Source: Squalus acanthias (Eukaryota). Taken from it: a stretch of DNA of 64,000 bases. Both the position numbers and the translations under genes were made by a program. This document shows, in pieces, positions 12,816-26,231 of this stretch. The DNA is taken from contig CM059432.1 of assembly GCA_030390025.1 (NCBI GenBank), positions 54,066,001-54,130,000 on the forward strand, in the 5' to 3' direction. A model generated the notes under the pieces. That model ran no database searches. It was not told the origin of the DNA and saw only the letters and a program-made list of their open reading frames with translations. Positions within the stretch are counted from its first letter, which is position 1, and each line of letters opens with the position of its first letter.

Positions 12816-13289
12816 TGGGTAAAGGCTAACCAATGATGCAGAACACTTCCATTTTCAGATGCTGCTTACTCTCAGGGTAGTGCCATATCCAGTCTCCAAC
12901 CCTCTACTGATAAAGATGTGCTAAAAACAGGCAGGACAAGTTAATTAGCACATCATTTGATGAGGTGGCACCAAATACAATGGAGAAAGAGAGAGACAGA
13001 AAGAGAGAGAAGAAAGAAAGAAAGAACTTGCATTTATTGGGGCGTTGCATAGAACTAGTCCCTTAACTAATAAATGCTTCAGAGGTTTGGTGAAATTGCA
13101 AACAATAGCACAGTTTTATGGTATACATAGTGAAATACTGGAAGTCAATTAAAGCCCACACATTACACTGGAGAACCGATAAAACCATCAAAACAAAAAT
13201 CAGTGCTAAGCACTCACCACAGGTCTGTAAACACTAGAATGAACATCTGACATTATTTGTGACTCACAAAAGTAAGAAAATAAATGCTA

Positions 13290-13600
13290 AAATGTTTTGG
13301 TACATAATGGGCACTTGGGATAGAAAGTCATACAGGAGCATATAGTTTTTCTAGAGTCTCAGAAGATTGTATCCGAGCATAGATGATGAAGCATCAAAGT
13401 AAAAGGAAAATGAGGCAATTGTGTCATTGATTTTTTTTTGTTTTCTTGGGCCTGGGGAACAAGAGCTGGAGAAGTATGTTGCTCAGCTGAAAATCTTAAC
13501 AGCTAACTGCAATTTCAGGAAATTTTATGAATCTTTGATCAGCAATAGAGTCATATACGGAATAACGGACTTCGACTTGATGGAAGAGACTCCTTAGCAA
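13290..13600 (+). pseudogene. Ancient Ty3/Gypsy gag remnant
   Basis: GPGEQELEKYVAQLKILTANCNFRKFYESLISNRVIYGITDFDL resembles the Gypsy gag motif Q.GE.I..YV..L..LA..C.F....IRDR.V.GI.D..L. Confidence 0.6.
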
Positions 13601-13610
13601 AACAGTCCTA

Positions 13611-14140
13611 GGAGTGATTTTAACCTTACCTGCACAGCGGAAACCAAGTGGGTGGGGAGGTAATCTGCCCCAGGTTACTTATCTGCCCAGATTCTGCCAA
13701 TCGTGGTTTTCACTCAAACTTCCAGACAGGCAGCTAAACCACCCACCCAAAACCAATGTGTCCTTCTTTAAATATGCACATCGATGCTGTCATTGGGCTT
13801 CGACTGCAATTAGAACTCCGGCCTGAGCAGGGAAGTTGTCATGGCTTTGCACCATATGAAGGCCAGTCAGGACCTGCCAGGAAGAATAAGAGGCCACAAA
13901 AGGTAAGTTTCACAAATTTATTTTGTGAGACTAGGAGGTGCAGCCGGGCCCCACAAGAAAAGTTTAGGCCTCTCCTGCCCCAGAATCCCACCCCAATTCC
14001 ACAAGACCCCCGTAACCTCCTTTCCCACACTTAACTGAGTGCTGACAGTATGTTAACGAAGTGCAGGGGTTAAAATAGCCCAGACCTGTTTTCTGCTGTA
14101 GGGGTAAGTTTCTAACTCACCCCACCATCCAAAATCCCCA
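13611..14140. mobile_element. Harbinger-type MITE (degenerate)
   Basis: ggagtgattttaacc ... ggttaaaatagccc / aaaatcccc TIR-like ends; TSD not resolved. Confidence 0.5.
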
Positions 14141-15527
14141 TTGGATTTGTGGATGGAGACCCATTTTTCTGCACATGTACAATCAAAGCATATGGAAGAA
14201 TTCTTCAGGTTTCTTCTTATCTTGCTATACACCTATCTAAGCAATGCAATTCTTCCTGTTTATAAATTTACTGAAGTAGTCTGCATGAGCATAAAATTAC
14301 ATTTCCCATTTTGCATTAAAGTCAACTTTTTAGTTAAAACGATCAACAGAAGATTTTCACCCCAAATCTCTTTCTGAACACTGGGGAACAGGATCTCCCT
14401 CCTACTGTCTACCACCTACACCAGGGCCTCCAACACAGCATTGGAGAATCTGTCTAGGCCTCTACCAGCGATTTTAGTCCTTTGACAATGTTTTCTTTTG
14501 TCTACAACCAGAGTGCACCTTCTCTTTAAAAGGTGCTCGCTGCCTTTAAGGGACATCAAAGACACCTGATTTACCACCACCCCAAACAGGCGCTGGCTGC
14601 ATGCCTGAATCATTATAATGAGGTTCCAACATGAATTTAACGTGATGCCTGGAACCACGGGAACAGGCGTGTGCAGCACACACCCCGCCAATCCCCTCCC
14701 CCCCCCCGTGTTTAAAGCGAGCTGACCCACTGATGTTCATTATTTTTGTATTATTATGTGAAGACAAGTCCAATCGTAACTGTTGCTCTGTATGTTCCCT
14801 TGCTGTGAAATAAAGCAGCTTAACGATTTGTTCAGATCTAGCCTCATCTTACCAAATGTTTTATCAGGCTGCCTTCAAAAAGATTGAAGAAGCACAAGTG
14901 AAGGTTGTTGGAAAATGGAGGAGAGGCATTGGAAGAGGTTTGTGTGTTGAAGGCTTCAAAGACATGAAGGAGGATCGGGAGGGCATGTGTGGCAGACATG
15001 ATATCCAGTTCATATGTCAGGGAGGACGCATTGTTGCATCCTCTGGGTTACGCTGCCATATAAGTTAATATTGGGCATTGTGAGTCAACTCTGATGCGTA
15101 AGAGCCATGGGATTCGCTTATGGCAGTGACTGACATCACTGAACCCAAGAAAGTATCTAAGGCAAGACCCACATTTGTAACAGAGCCTGATCCTCAATGC
15201 TACTGCCTGTAGCAAAATGCAGGAAAGCTATTCAAGATAGTACATCGCACGTAACCCACAAACTTCAAAAATTTGCATACATGTGGACGCTGACTCCATG
15301 GCTTCAGATGATGTCACCAAGGAGCAGTATGTGGATGAGGAAAAGGAAGGGGGCGTCAAAGATGAACTCTTGAGGGACTTTAGGTGACAGTATAGGGATG
15401 GGAAAAGAAGCCTTTGCTAGAGATCCTCTGGCCATGATCGAAGAGTAAAGAATGGACAAGTGAATGTTGTTGGATAATAGAGGCGAGGCATTGGAAGAGG
15501 TTTGTGTGTTGAAGGCTTCAAAGACAT

Positions 15528-16495
15528 TGGGAGTTAATGTGCATAGGTCCCTGAAGCTGGCAGGACATATTGAGAGAGTGGTTAACAAAGCATATCGGAT
15601 CTTGGGCTTCATAAATAGAGTTATTGAATACAAAAGTAGAGAAGTTATGCTGAACCTTTATAAAGCGCTGGTTAGGCCACAACTGGAGCATTGCGTCCAG
15701 TTCTGGTCACCACACTTTAGGAAGGATGTGAAGACCCTTGAGAGGGTGCAGAGGAGATTTACCAGAATGGTTCCGGGGATGGGGGATCTTAGCTACAAGG
15801 ACAGGTTGGAGAAGCTGGATTTGTTTTCATTAGAGTAAAGGAAGTTGAGGGGTGATTTGATAGAGGTGTACAAGATTATGACAGGTTTGGATAGGCTAGA
15901 CGGGGAAAGGCTGTCCCCACTAGTTACATAGATTACATAGAAGATAGGAGCAGGAGTAGGCCATCCGGCCCTTCGAGCCTGCTCCGCCATTTAATGAGAT
16001 CATGGCTGATCCTCCAATTCAGTATCCCGTCCCCGCCTTCTCTCCGTAACCCTTAACCCCTTTTGCCTGTAGAAATATATCTAATTCCCTCTTAAATATA
16101 TTTAATGAGCTGGCGTACACTGCCCTCTGTGGCAATGAGTTCCACAGGTTCACCACCCTCTGAGTGAAGAAATTCCCCCTCATTTCTGTATGTTGATGAT
16201 ACAAGGACTAGGGGACACAGATTTAAGGTTTTGGGCAAGAGATACAGGGGGATGTGAGGAAAAACATTTTTACGCAGCGAGTGGTGATGACCTGGAATTC
16301 GCTGCTGACGGAAGTGGTGGAAGCGGAGACGGTCAATGTTTTCAAGGGGAGACTGGTTAGGCACTTGAGGGAAATAAACTTGCAGGGCTACGGGGATAGA
16401 GCGGGGGAATGGGCCTGACTGGATTGCTCTTCAGAGAGCCTGCACGGACTCAATGGTCCGAATGGCCTCCTTCTGTGCCGTTATGACTCTATGAC
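15528..16495 (+). mobile_element. CR1 LINE 3' fragment containing an antisense CR1 3' end (about 15926-16190)
   Basis: GVNVHRSLK...RPQLEHCVQFWSPHFRKD; tail tatgactctatgac; internal minus-strand MRGNFFTQRVVNLWNSLP block with its own tail. Confidence 0.9.
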
Positions 16496-17966
16496 ATGAA
16501 GAAGGAATAATGCACCATGGTCACAGTCACAGAGAACATTGTTTATAACTTTAGTTAGGGCCATTTTGGTGCTGTGGGGACATACAGGAAGCCAGGACTG
16601 TTATAGTGCAAACTGTAAGTAAGTTTTTAAAGGCCTCACTAAAAATAAATATTGCCATATATTATGTGATTGCTTTTAGTTTGGGATTTACAATATTACA
16701 ACAGTTTTATAATATCTGTCATCACTTTCAGTATTATTGTTTGTAGAAGTTTAATCATACATGATTATTTTAGCTGTGAACATGAAGAACCTAAGGCTAT
16801 GTAAACATCCATCACCCTATGCTTATTAATTTTTGTATTTACCCTAACTTGTTATGTAAAAGATTCACTCTGATACCAATGTAACAAAAGGAATCTTCGT
16901 TTTGTTGTTGAGAAAATTTAAGAATTAATTTTTAAACTATGGTTCATGTGTTAAAAAAAGTCCACTAGACTGAAGAGGTGGAATTGAAGTAAAATACAAC
17001 AATAGATAAAGCAGTTGTCTTTTGTGTAGTAGGCTGACATTTAACAGGGTCTGAAAATGTGAATTAACATTTTTAATTTTTCAGTTTAGCTCTTATATTA
17101 TCATAAACCCACAGGAGAGACATTAAAAACTATTTGCGGAAGAACTTACTTTAATTGATGTTCACACCTTACTTTAGGCATTAAATGGGCACCTAAGATT
17201 CCATTTGACGAACAGGAAATATGCGTTCATTATAAGCCAGAAGTGTGCCGTCTGCCATATTGGTATAGGCAAAAACTAGGCATCTAGAACCTGTGCCTGA
17301 AACAGAAATTAGGCCCTTTGCAAAGGCAAATAAGGGGTCTAATACCTGCTTGATGCCCTCTGTGCAAAACTGAGTTGCCCTGAATGTAGCCAGCACTGGG
17401 CCGGCTCCGTTCATGAACCACGTCTGCATACGGCCAAACCAGTGGTCCTTAAAGCGAGTGGGAGACTCGTGGAACCTCCAACACAACGGCGACCAACTGG
17501 CGTAATGCGGAATGTTATTGCTTTCTCACCCAACCCAAGCCCACCCGTTTTTGGGGGTTAAAATTACCCCCCTTATGTCTGAGGGTTGCTGCAGTTTCAG
17601 ATGAAGCTGCCACATGCTCCATTGATGGCTACAATTAAAGCAATGTTTCCAGAAGCACACCAGTCAGTTGCCACACATCCTCGGAGACTGACCTCAGAGC
17701 CTCCACATAGATGTGATGCTTCTCAAACATCCTTTTTAGGTGAGTACACAGAGATCAAGGTCCCATGACTCTGAAGCCATGGGCAGCCTTCTCTTCATAC
17801 TCCACTAAGAAGGTAGTACATCCTCATCCACTCCCAACTCCTCTGGCTCCCTCATGCTCTTTGATTCACATAGTGCCATATCTTCACTCACACTATCTAA
17901 TACCCCTCGGCTGCATGGGAGTGAGAAAGCAAGTAACACAGGAAATGAAATCCAGCGGGTGATAGC

Positions 17967-18104
17967 CAATGTTCCCTGTCATTTGTTTTGGCCCGTCACG
18001 GCCCCTTTATGGGGCTGCATGAGCCATTCAAAATACCGGACATGCACGGTTTTACATTGAAAAGCCAGCAAGCGGTGCGGCCGCACAGCTTACAGGGAAC
18101 ATTG
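17967..18104. mobile_element. hAT-type MITE
   Basis: 13-bp TIRs CAATGTTCCCTGT / ACAGGGAACATTG with 8-bp TSD GTGATAGC / GTTATAGC. Confidence 0.85.
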
Positions 18105-18354
18105 GTTATAGCAGAGGAACACAAGGCAGGGACTCATGGATGGACTTGACGATCACTTGCACTCCCTCATGATCACTTCCTTGTCATTGTCATCATTGTA
18201 CTCGACAAGAATAATTTTCCTTCTCAACCGTTCTAACTGCTCCTCCTCATCACCATCATCATCATTGTCATCATCATTTCCTCCTCTTCCTCTTCCTCAC
18301 AATCTGCCTCCCTTGCTGTGATGGATCAGCAGGAAAGGAGAGTACTACTAGGAA

Positions 18355-19960
18355 TGGATGAACAGAAACTTAACTGGACCAACCACATATATACTGTGCC
18401 TACAAGAGCAGGTCAGAGGCTGGCTATTCTGTGGCGAGTGACACACCTCCTGACTCCTCAAAGGCTTTCCACCATCTACAAGCCACAAGTCATGAGTGTG
18501 ATGGAATACTCTCCATTTACCTGGAGGAGTGCAGCTCCAACAACACTCAAAGAGCTCGACACCATCCAGAACAAAGCAGCCCGCTTGATTGGCACCTCAT
18601 CCATCACATTCACTCCCTCCACCACCAGCACACCATGGCTGCTGTGTGCACCATTTACAAGATGCACTGCAGCAACTCACCAAGGCTTCTTCAATAGTAC
18701 CTCCCAAACCCACAACCTCTACCATCTAGAAGGACAAGGGCAGCAGGTGCATGGGAACAGCACCATAGAATCATAGAATGGTTACAGCACAGAAGGAGGC
18801 CATTTGGCCTGTCGAGCCCGTGCCATGCAAGAGCACTTCAGCTAGTCCCACTCCCCCACCCTTTCCCCGTAGTCCTGCAAATTTTTTTCCTTCCGGTAGT
18901 TATTTGAAAGCCACGATTGAATCTACCTCTTCCACCCTTTCAGGCAGTGCATTCCAGATCCTAACCACTCACTGCGTAAATTTTTTTTTCCTCATGTCGC
19001 CTTTGATTCTTCTGCCAATCACCTTAAATCTGTGTCCTCTGATTCTCGACCATTCTGCCAATGAGAACAGTTTCTCTCTATCTACTCTGTCTAGATCCCT
19101 CATGATTTTGAACACCTCTATCAAATCTCCTCTCAACCTTCTCTGCTTGAAGGAAAACAACCCCAGCTTCTCCAGTCTATCCACGTAACTGAAGTCCCTC
19201 ATCCTTGGAACCATTCTTGTAAATCTTTTTTGCACCCTCTCTAAGGCCTTCACATCCTTCCTAAAGTACAGTGCCCAGAATTGAACACAATACTCCAGTT
19301 GAGCCCAAGCCAGCGTTTTATAAAGGTTCATCATAACTTCCTTGTTTTTGTACTCATGCATCTATTTATGAATCCCAGGATCCCGTATGCTTTTTTAACT
19401 GCTTTCTCAATCTGCCCTGCCATCTTCAACAATTTGTGCACATATACCTCCAGGTCTCTCTGTTCTTGTACCACCTTTATAATTGTACCCTTTCGTTTAT
19501 ATTGCCTCTCCTTGTTGTTCCTACCAAAATGTATCACTTCGCACTTTTCTGCATTAAATTTCATCTGCCACGTGTTCGCCCATTTCACCAGCCTGTCTAT
19601 GTTTTCTTGAAGTCTATCACTATCCTCTCACTGTTCACTATACTTCCAAGTTTTGCGTCATCTGCAAATTTTGAAGTTGTGCCCTGTACACTCAAGTCTA
19701 AGTCATTAATATATATCAAGAAAAGATAAGTTTTGTCACCTGCAAGTTCCCCTCCAAGCTACACAACATCCTGACTTGGAAATATATCGCCGTTCCTTCA
19801 TTGCCGCTGGGTCAAAATCCTGGATCTCCCTCCCTAACACCACTGTGGGAGTATCTTCACCACATGGGTTGCAGAGGTTCAAGAAGGCAGCTCACCACCA
19901 CCTTCTCAAGGGCAACTAGGGATGGGCAATATCCCACATCCCATGAATGATAATAAAAAA
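18355..19960 (+). mobile_element. CR1/Zenon-like LINE 3' fragment split by a CR1 insertion
   Basis: STIYKPQVMSVMEYSP...LDTIQNKAARLIG; sequence resumes at about 19736 (tcacctgcaagttcccctccaag), colinear with the intact copy at 27750-27990. Confidence 0.85.
18767..19725 (-). mobile_element. CR1 LINE 3' fragment
   Basis: WQMKFNAEKCEVIHFG and LEYCVQFW motifs; catagaatcatagaa tail. Confidence 0.92.
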
Positions 19961-20829
19961 CAGAGGGAAGAATGGAAGAGAATGCTCATTTGATATTACG
20001 GTAAAGCATTGCTTCCCCACTGTGAGACATGCAAAGATTTATTTGTTTATGTAACTGTGGTATTTCAGGGGAACAAACTTAAACCTCTGACTCACTGTAA
20101 AGGACACTGTAGCAGATCTTCTCATATTATTATTAAAGTTAACTGTCTAGCATCTTATGAGTGTAACGAGTGTTGCTGACTTTCTTTTCATAACGAGCTC
20201 ATTAGTCTGTGGGAACTACGTGTCCACGTTTTCATTACTCATCACTTAATCCTCCCACTGGAGAAACACCTAGTAGGATTACCGGGATAAATTCAAGAAG
20301 AAACACTTCATGGGGGAATTTTAACTCCCGGGCATGAAGCCAGCTGGGCAAGCGGGCGGCCTGCTTGGGTGCGGCAGCGGGAGGCCTGACCAATTTTAAC
20401 GGCCAGGCATCATTAGCATCCGGCTGACCAGCCGCCTACACGAAATAGGTAGGAAGTGGCAGCTGGCTGGCTGCCGACAGTCGAAGATCGAGTGTCCCAG
20501 AGGCTGCCTGCTGGCACTGAAGTAAGTCGCAGGTGGGAAGGGGGAGCCTGGGGCAGCAGAATCCTAGACTTTTCTGTGGGCCAGGAGGAATACTCTTGCT
20601 TCCCCTGGACCCACAAAGGAAGGTTCAAAACTTATCTTGCAAGTCTCTTCTTCCTGCAGACCAGGTTTCACTGAACGGGGCAATCGATGGACTTTGACGA
20701 AGCTCTTGCACATTTTATAGGAAAACACTTTAAGGCGGCTTCAGAACTCTTATATGCAAACTTCCCAGTTCCCAGTTCTACACACCCCTTCCATGCTTAT
20801 GGCAGCCAGAAAGAGAGAGACACAAAGAG

Positions 20830-21130
20830 AAAGAATTAGCATTTATATAGCACTGTAGCAAATGCTCAGGATGGCCCTAAGTGCTTCATAACCAATGAAT
20901 TACTATAAAAGTGCAATCATATTTGTTACTTGGGCAAACACAGCAACCAATTTGCGCACAACAGTATTTCACAAACAGCAAACGAGATGAATGAGTTAAC
21001 TTTTTTGGAGGTGTTGGTTGAGGGAGAAATTTTAGGAAGGATACCAATATTTATTAAATAGTGTCATGGGACCTCAAGTCCTGGACTGAGGTTTGAGTCT
21101 ACTACCTTCTGACTCAGAAGTGAGAGTCAA
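20830..21130 (-). mobile_element. Degenerate tRNA/Deu SINE copy
   Basis: Reverse-complement similarity to 29981-30432 (ccttctgactcaga head; gcatttatatagc-like tail). Confidence 0.6.
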
Positions 21131-21485
21131 TTGAAGATGAACAGAAAGGCAGAGAGAGGGAAATAGAAAAAATTAGAGTCGGAAACAATGGCCGGAATTT
21201 TGCCTACCTGGGCGGGTCCGGTGCGGGCGGTGGCAATGACGGGTCATGACCCCGCTGCTGGCTCCATCCCGCTGCTGAAAATGAACTTACCTTAATGGGG
21301 CCTAATAAGCCCACCTAGCACGTTAGATGGTCCAATTAGATGTTGCGGGTCTGGTGACGTCATTCATGATGTGTTTTCAGCTGGGATCTTTAAAGGGCCA
21401 TTTAATTTATTGGTCTGCAATTGTAAAGTACACATGCTTTGTTTTCCATCTATATATGCTTTGGAGATTCTGTATCTAATTTACT

Positions 21486-21528
21486 TCACCTGAGGAAGGA
21501 GCAAATCGATAGCTCCGAAAGGTTGTGA
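21486..21528 (+). ncRNA. Minimal hammerhead ribozyme motif in a Penelope terminal fragment (21402-21576)
   Basis: TCAC-CTGAGGA-A-GGAGC(loop)GCTCC-GAAA-GGTT-GTGA; the insert is flanked by an ATCTTTAAAGGG(A)CCAT duplication. Confidence 0.7.
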
Positions 21529-21777
21529 TTTCAAATAAAACTGTTGGACTATAACCTGGTGTTGTGCGACCTCTCAATCTTTAAAGGGACCATGGCTACA
21601 TTAGATCTGAAGTTTAATCTAACTTAGTGCTGTCAATGCACTACAGCATTGGAGTGCTGCAAACACTGAAAATGACTGCACAGAGGCAGATGGCTGCACC
21701 CAGGTTCTCTGATGACTCCCTCCATATGCTTATGGAGGGAATCAGAGCACGCAGGGAGGTCCTTTTCCCTTCTGATG

Positions 21778-22772
21778 AACATAACATAAGAACATAAGAA
21801 ATAGGAGCAGGAGTAGGCCATTCGGCCCTTCGAGCCTGCTCCGCCATTCAATGAGATCATGGCTGATCTTCTGCCTCAACTCCATTCACCGGCCCTATCG
21901 CCATATCCCTTGATGTCTTTACTAGTCAGAAATCTATCGACTTCTGTTTTGAATATACCCAATGACTGAGCCTCCAAAGCACTCTGGGGTAAAGAATTCC
22001 AAAGATTCACCACCCTCTGTGTGAAGAAATTTCTTCTCATCTCAGTCCTGAATGGCCTACCCTTTATCCTGAGGCTGTGGCCTCTGGTTCTAGACTCCCC
22101 AGCCAAGGGAAACATTCTCCCAGCATCCATCCTATCAAGCCCTGTAATAATTTTGTATGCTTCAATGAGATCCCCTCTCATTCTTCTGAATTCAAGAGAA
22201 TACAGGCCTAGTTTACTCAATCTCTTCTCATACGACAGTCCTGCCATCCCAGGAATCAATCTCGTGAACCTTCGTTGCACTCCCTCTATGGCAAGTATAT
22301 CCTTCCTTCGGTAAGGAGACCAAAATTGTACACAGTACTCCAGGTGTGGTCTCACCAAGGCCCTATATAATTGGAGTAAGACTTCTTTACTCCTGTATTC
22401 AAATCCTCTTGTAATGAAGGCCAGCATACTATTTGCCTTCCTAATGGCTTGCTGCACCTGCACATTCACTTTCAGTGACTCATGTACAAGGACACCCAGG
22501 ACCCTTTGAGCATTTGCATTCCCCAATCTTTCACCATTTAGGAAATATTCTGCCTTTCTGTTTTTTCTACCAAAGTGGATAACTTCACATTTATCCACAT
22601 TATATTCCATCTGCCATGTTCTCGCCCACTCACTGAGCCTGTTGAGATCCCCTTGAAGCCTCTTCACATCCTCTTCACAACTGACACTGCCACCTAGCTT
22701 TGTATCATCAGCAAATTTGGAAATGTTACATTTAGTCCCCTCATCCAAATCATTGATATAGATTGTGAATAG
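21778..22772 (-). mobile_element. CR1 LINE 3' fragment
   Basis: Open 290-aa ORF2 C-terminus (FADDTK...WQMEYNVDKC); CTGATG TSD at 21772-21777 and 22773-22778. Confidence 0.95.
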
Positions 22773-24944
22773 CTGATGGGCGGAAGAGACCTCCTCAGGA
22801 GACCAAGACAGCCTGGTTGTAGATTGCAGAGGAGGTCACAAGCAGGGATGTGTTCGAGAGGACCTGGGTGCAGTTCCACAAACATTTCAATTATCTCATT
22901 AGATCAGAAAATGTTAGTAGAAAGCAACACTCAACTGCATCCTGCTGTGCCTCTGATCACATCTCCATCACTCTGCCTTCCCTACCCTACTCCTGCACAT
23001 CCTTACTCACACCAACATACCTTGCACCTCCACCCATCCCTCTCTCTCTATATTATCACATCCCCATCTCACTAGCCACCCCTCACACTCACCCTCATCC
23101 TAGTGCAATCATACCAACTAACAACACACAAGGGTAGCCACTTCAGTGTTTTATCCAATGTTTATGTAAAGTTTCTGTTAAAGTGGTGTCAAACATAAAA
23201 ATCTTTATTTTCAACACTTTCCGGTCTTGGAAAGATTTGTGTGCACCTTTGGAAGTGGCTTAGTGAGTTGCAGTGAATGGTGAGACATAACAGTACCCCA
23301 TGCAATGGCGATGAGTGTGAAAGGAATGGCTTGGGCATTGTAGGATCCTTTATGGTGTTGGTGTGGGGTGGTGTCAACCTGGCGCATCATGTGGCAGCCA
23401 TATAGGTGTTCAGCGTCAAGTGAAGTAAATCTGGCCATGATGATGCCGTCCCTGGCCTCCCAGGCAGTAATGTGCTCAGGTGCTGATGCCCTCTGTCCTG
23501 TGCAGCATCAGGTGATTGCGGAGAAGGTTGGTGTTGCTGTTGGTGCTGCTGGTGTGTCTGGTGCTGCTGGTGTTGGGACTCATCGTGGTCCGCTTCTGAG
23601 GACCAAGGTGAGACAGTATAAATGGCACCCATGTTGATGGAATAGATGGCAGGTGAAGTAGAGATGACAGAAGCAATCTGTCAATGGTGAGAGAGGTTCT
23701 TACAATGAGGTGGCACTGGATGGAGACTTTGCTTGAAAGACTTGCAGCCTGCAGAAAGCTCAATCTGTGTTACAAATGCAGTGAGAATCAGCTTCAGCCT
23801 GAGGAAAGTGATCAGCTGTCAGGTGGGAGCTTTTACAGTACATTTCATCCTGTCAACTAATCAGCTGGACCAATGGCCACTCAACTCCCGCCTTAGGTTT
23901 ACAGACGTGCTTCCCGAGCAGCGTGGTCCCCGTTGGCATCCAGTTAAATTTAAAAGGTAAGGTTGAAAACACTCTTAAGGGTCTGACAACAAGCTACTAA
24001 TTGTTTAAATTAGGTCGCCCATATCTGCCAGTTGGGTCGGATCCGCAATGACAGATGTGCCTGGGGGAAAGGTGCATGGGAGCGAGATGACAGTGGATTC
24101 CCGACCCGCTGTCAAAAATAACAACTTTCCCACCTGACCCGCCACCAATTGCGCCTGCTACCACCCCAGGAAACTTACGGCCAATGAGAGAGACAGTAAG
24201 GAAACTCCCTGACCACCAGCATATCTCAGAAAATCACAGCCAGTGTGCTGGCAGTTACCTAATACGGGTAGGCAATATTTCCCTGCATATTGGAAAAATT
24301 AACCCTCATACTGTGAAATAGATTTTGCTAGATATAGCTAACTTGCTCATCATTTAAATTCAGTTCTAATTGTGCAGTTGCTAAGCTTTCATAGCTAAAT
24401 ATAAACTAATTGTAATTTTTAGAAAGCCATGCTGCATCTTTTAATATGGAAGCGTCATTTCAATGCCACTATAATGCTAAATACAATTTTTTTTTTGTTT
24501 TGTTTTGTTTTTATACCTTGTTGGAACCTTGAGGGCACCCTTTTTCTTTTCCGCCCACTTATAGTGATAAATTAAGCTTTGATCTAAAATATGAGTCTCT
24601 GCCTGTGTCTGCTTCTTTGCAAGCAACTCATTTGAGCATCTTATTAGACTTGCTGAGAAAAGATCTGTCTCCACTGCAAACCAACACACTGGTTCCATTA
24701 AGTTTGCATGTGTAATAAGTTACCTGACAGAATCCAGCACATGGAATTGGACAAAAAGCACAATGATTTTTTTGTCAGTGGTGTATATTTTAATATAATC
24801 GAATCTTGGATCTATATTGGTAATGCAGTCCAGAGGGCTCATCTGAGGGGGTAAGAAGCTCACCTCCATAAATATTCAGTTGTTGTCCACCCCTAAAGTT
24901 GTCTTGCAATGGAGGGAGAAAAATGGCTGAAGACAGTTGAACTG

Positions 24945-25130
24945 CACAATTTAGTGAAACGGCTTTGGAGGTCCTGCTGCAGGGGTCCTGCAGAGAAGGG
25001 TGGTTCTATTTGGAAGGAGGAGCCATCCTGCAATCAAAAGCAGCATCAGAACAGCATGAATGGAGGTCGCAGAAAGACAAAGTGCAGTTACAAGTTGATC
25101 TGAAACCTGGGAACAAGTGAGGGGGAAATT
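24945..25130 (+). pseudogene. Ancient Harbinger Myb/SANT exon remnant
   Basis: Frameshifted FSETALEVLLQG...VVLFGR...RTA*MEVAE...TWEQVRGK, similar to the Myb exons at 9298, 21690 and 59920. Confidence 0.55.
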
Positions 25131-25402
25131 GTTGGTTGGTTAGTTATGGAAGATTGGTAATATAAACGTGCTGATATATGGCTTGATCTTACTATTATAT
25201 GTAACAATATATTACACTGCAATTTCAAGCTGAATTTTATGTAGCATCACAGAAGGACAATTTACTGCACATTGGCAACTGTTTCAATACTTCCTACATG
25301 CACGGGCATGGTCATGTTAAACCAGGGCTCTGTGTAATATATTTCCCTTGTGGACCATTAAATATGGCAAGCATTATTCACCAAGTATACTGCCAGCACA
25401 AA

Positions 25403-26231
25403 GGGCTGGATTTTACCAGCCCTGAGGACTGCTGGGAAAATGGGAAGCAGGTCCCAACCTCACTCCCAACCCACCTCTGAACCATCTTCCCGGGAGGCAG
25501 GTCCCCGACTTGCGCAGGGATCCGTCTCCTAGCGGCGGGGAGGGGATTAGAGCCAATTAACTGCCTGTTAACAGGCAGTTAAGAGGCTTTTCCCCATTTT
25601 CCGCCAGCTGATACGGCCTTTCCTGACGGCGGGAAACCCCGCCAGGGTCAGCGAGGCGAGCTGTGGGTTTGCTGTAGTGTAAGTGTGTAAATGACAGCTG
25701 CAGAGGTAGTGTGATGGGTGCAATGGTGCACAGGTAAGTATGAAAGGTGAGAGAATGTAGTGAGAAATATTTTTATTCTGTTTATATATATCTGCAGGTG
25801 ACAAGATTTGATATTTCTGTGAAGCCTCATCTGATCGGCAGAATTGACAGATGGCTTCTGCAATCTCACATGCAGCTGCCATCTGTTTTCTCCTAAGGAG
25901 AGAGTCATTGGTGGGCCTAGGTGCAAGGGCTCACCTTTGGACAGTGATTGTCAGGGTTTGACAGCACCTCAATGCTATCAAACACTGACAATTCATCTGT
26001 CAAAAAATTATGATGCCTGTCACTTTAACAAAACCGGCAGATGAAGCGTCATGCACTGACGTCATCTGACACCGGCTTTCCCTTAATTGGCCGGCAAGCC
26101 CACAGGGCGGGCTTAACAAGGCCAATCAAGGGAAAATAGCGTCAGGTCGTCAGACATCGCTGGGGGGCGGACTAGAACCCGGAAACCAGCAGTCCCACTC
26201 CCAACGGGCCTCCTCAGGTAAGATCCCGGCC
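25403..26231. mobile_element. PIF/Harbinger MITE
   Basis: GGGCTGGATTTTACC / GGTAAGATCCCGGCC TIRs with AAA TSD. Confidence 0.8.

Larger units (their letters stand above)
21190..24182. mobile_element. Internally deleted PIF/Harbinger transposon
   Basis: Ends GGCCGGAATTTT / AAACTTACGGCC with AAT TSD. Plus-strand Myb/SANT exon MAAPRFSDDSLHMLMEGIRARREVLFPSD|GRKRPPQETKTAWL*IAEEV is split by a CR1; a transposase 5' stub lies on minus near 23632. Confidence 0.85.

Noticed and set aside
12870..12920. Candidate minus-strand host exon (tgtttttag|HIFISRGLETGYGTTLR|gtaagc)
   Set aside because: Good splice signals, but no recognisable protein and no compatible partner exon; needs RNA-seq.
16555..16614. 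Candidate plus-strand host exon (LGPFWCCGDIQEARTVIVQT|gtaagt)
   Set aside because: Unrecognised peptide; strand conflicts with other candidates.
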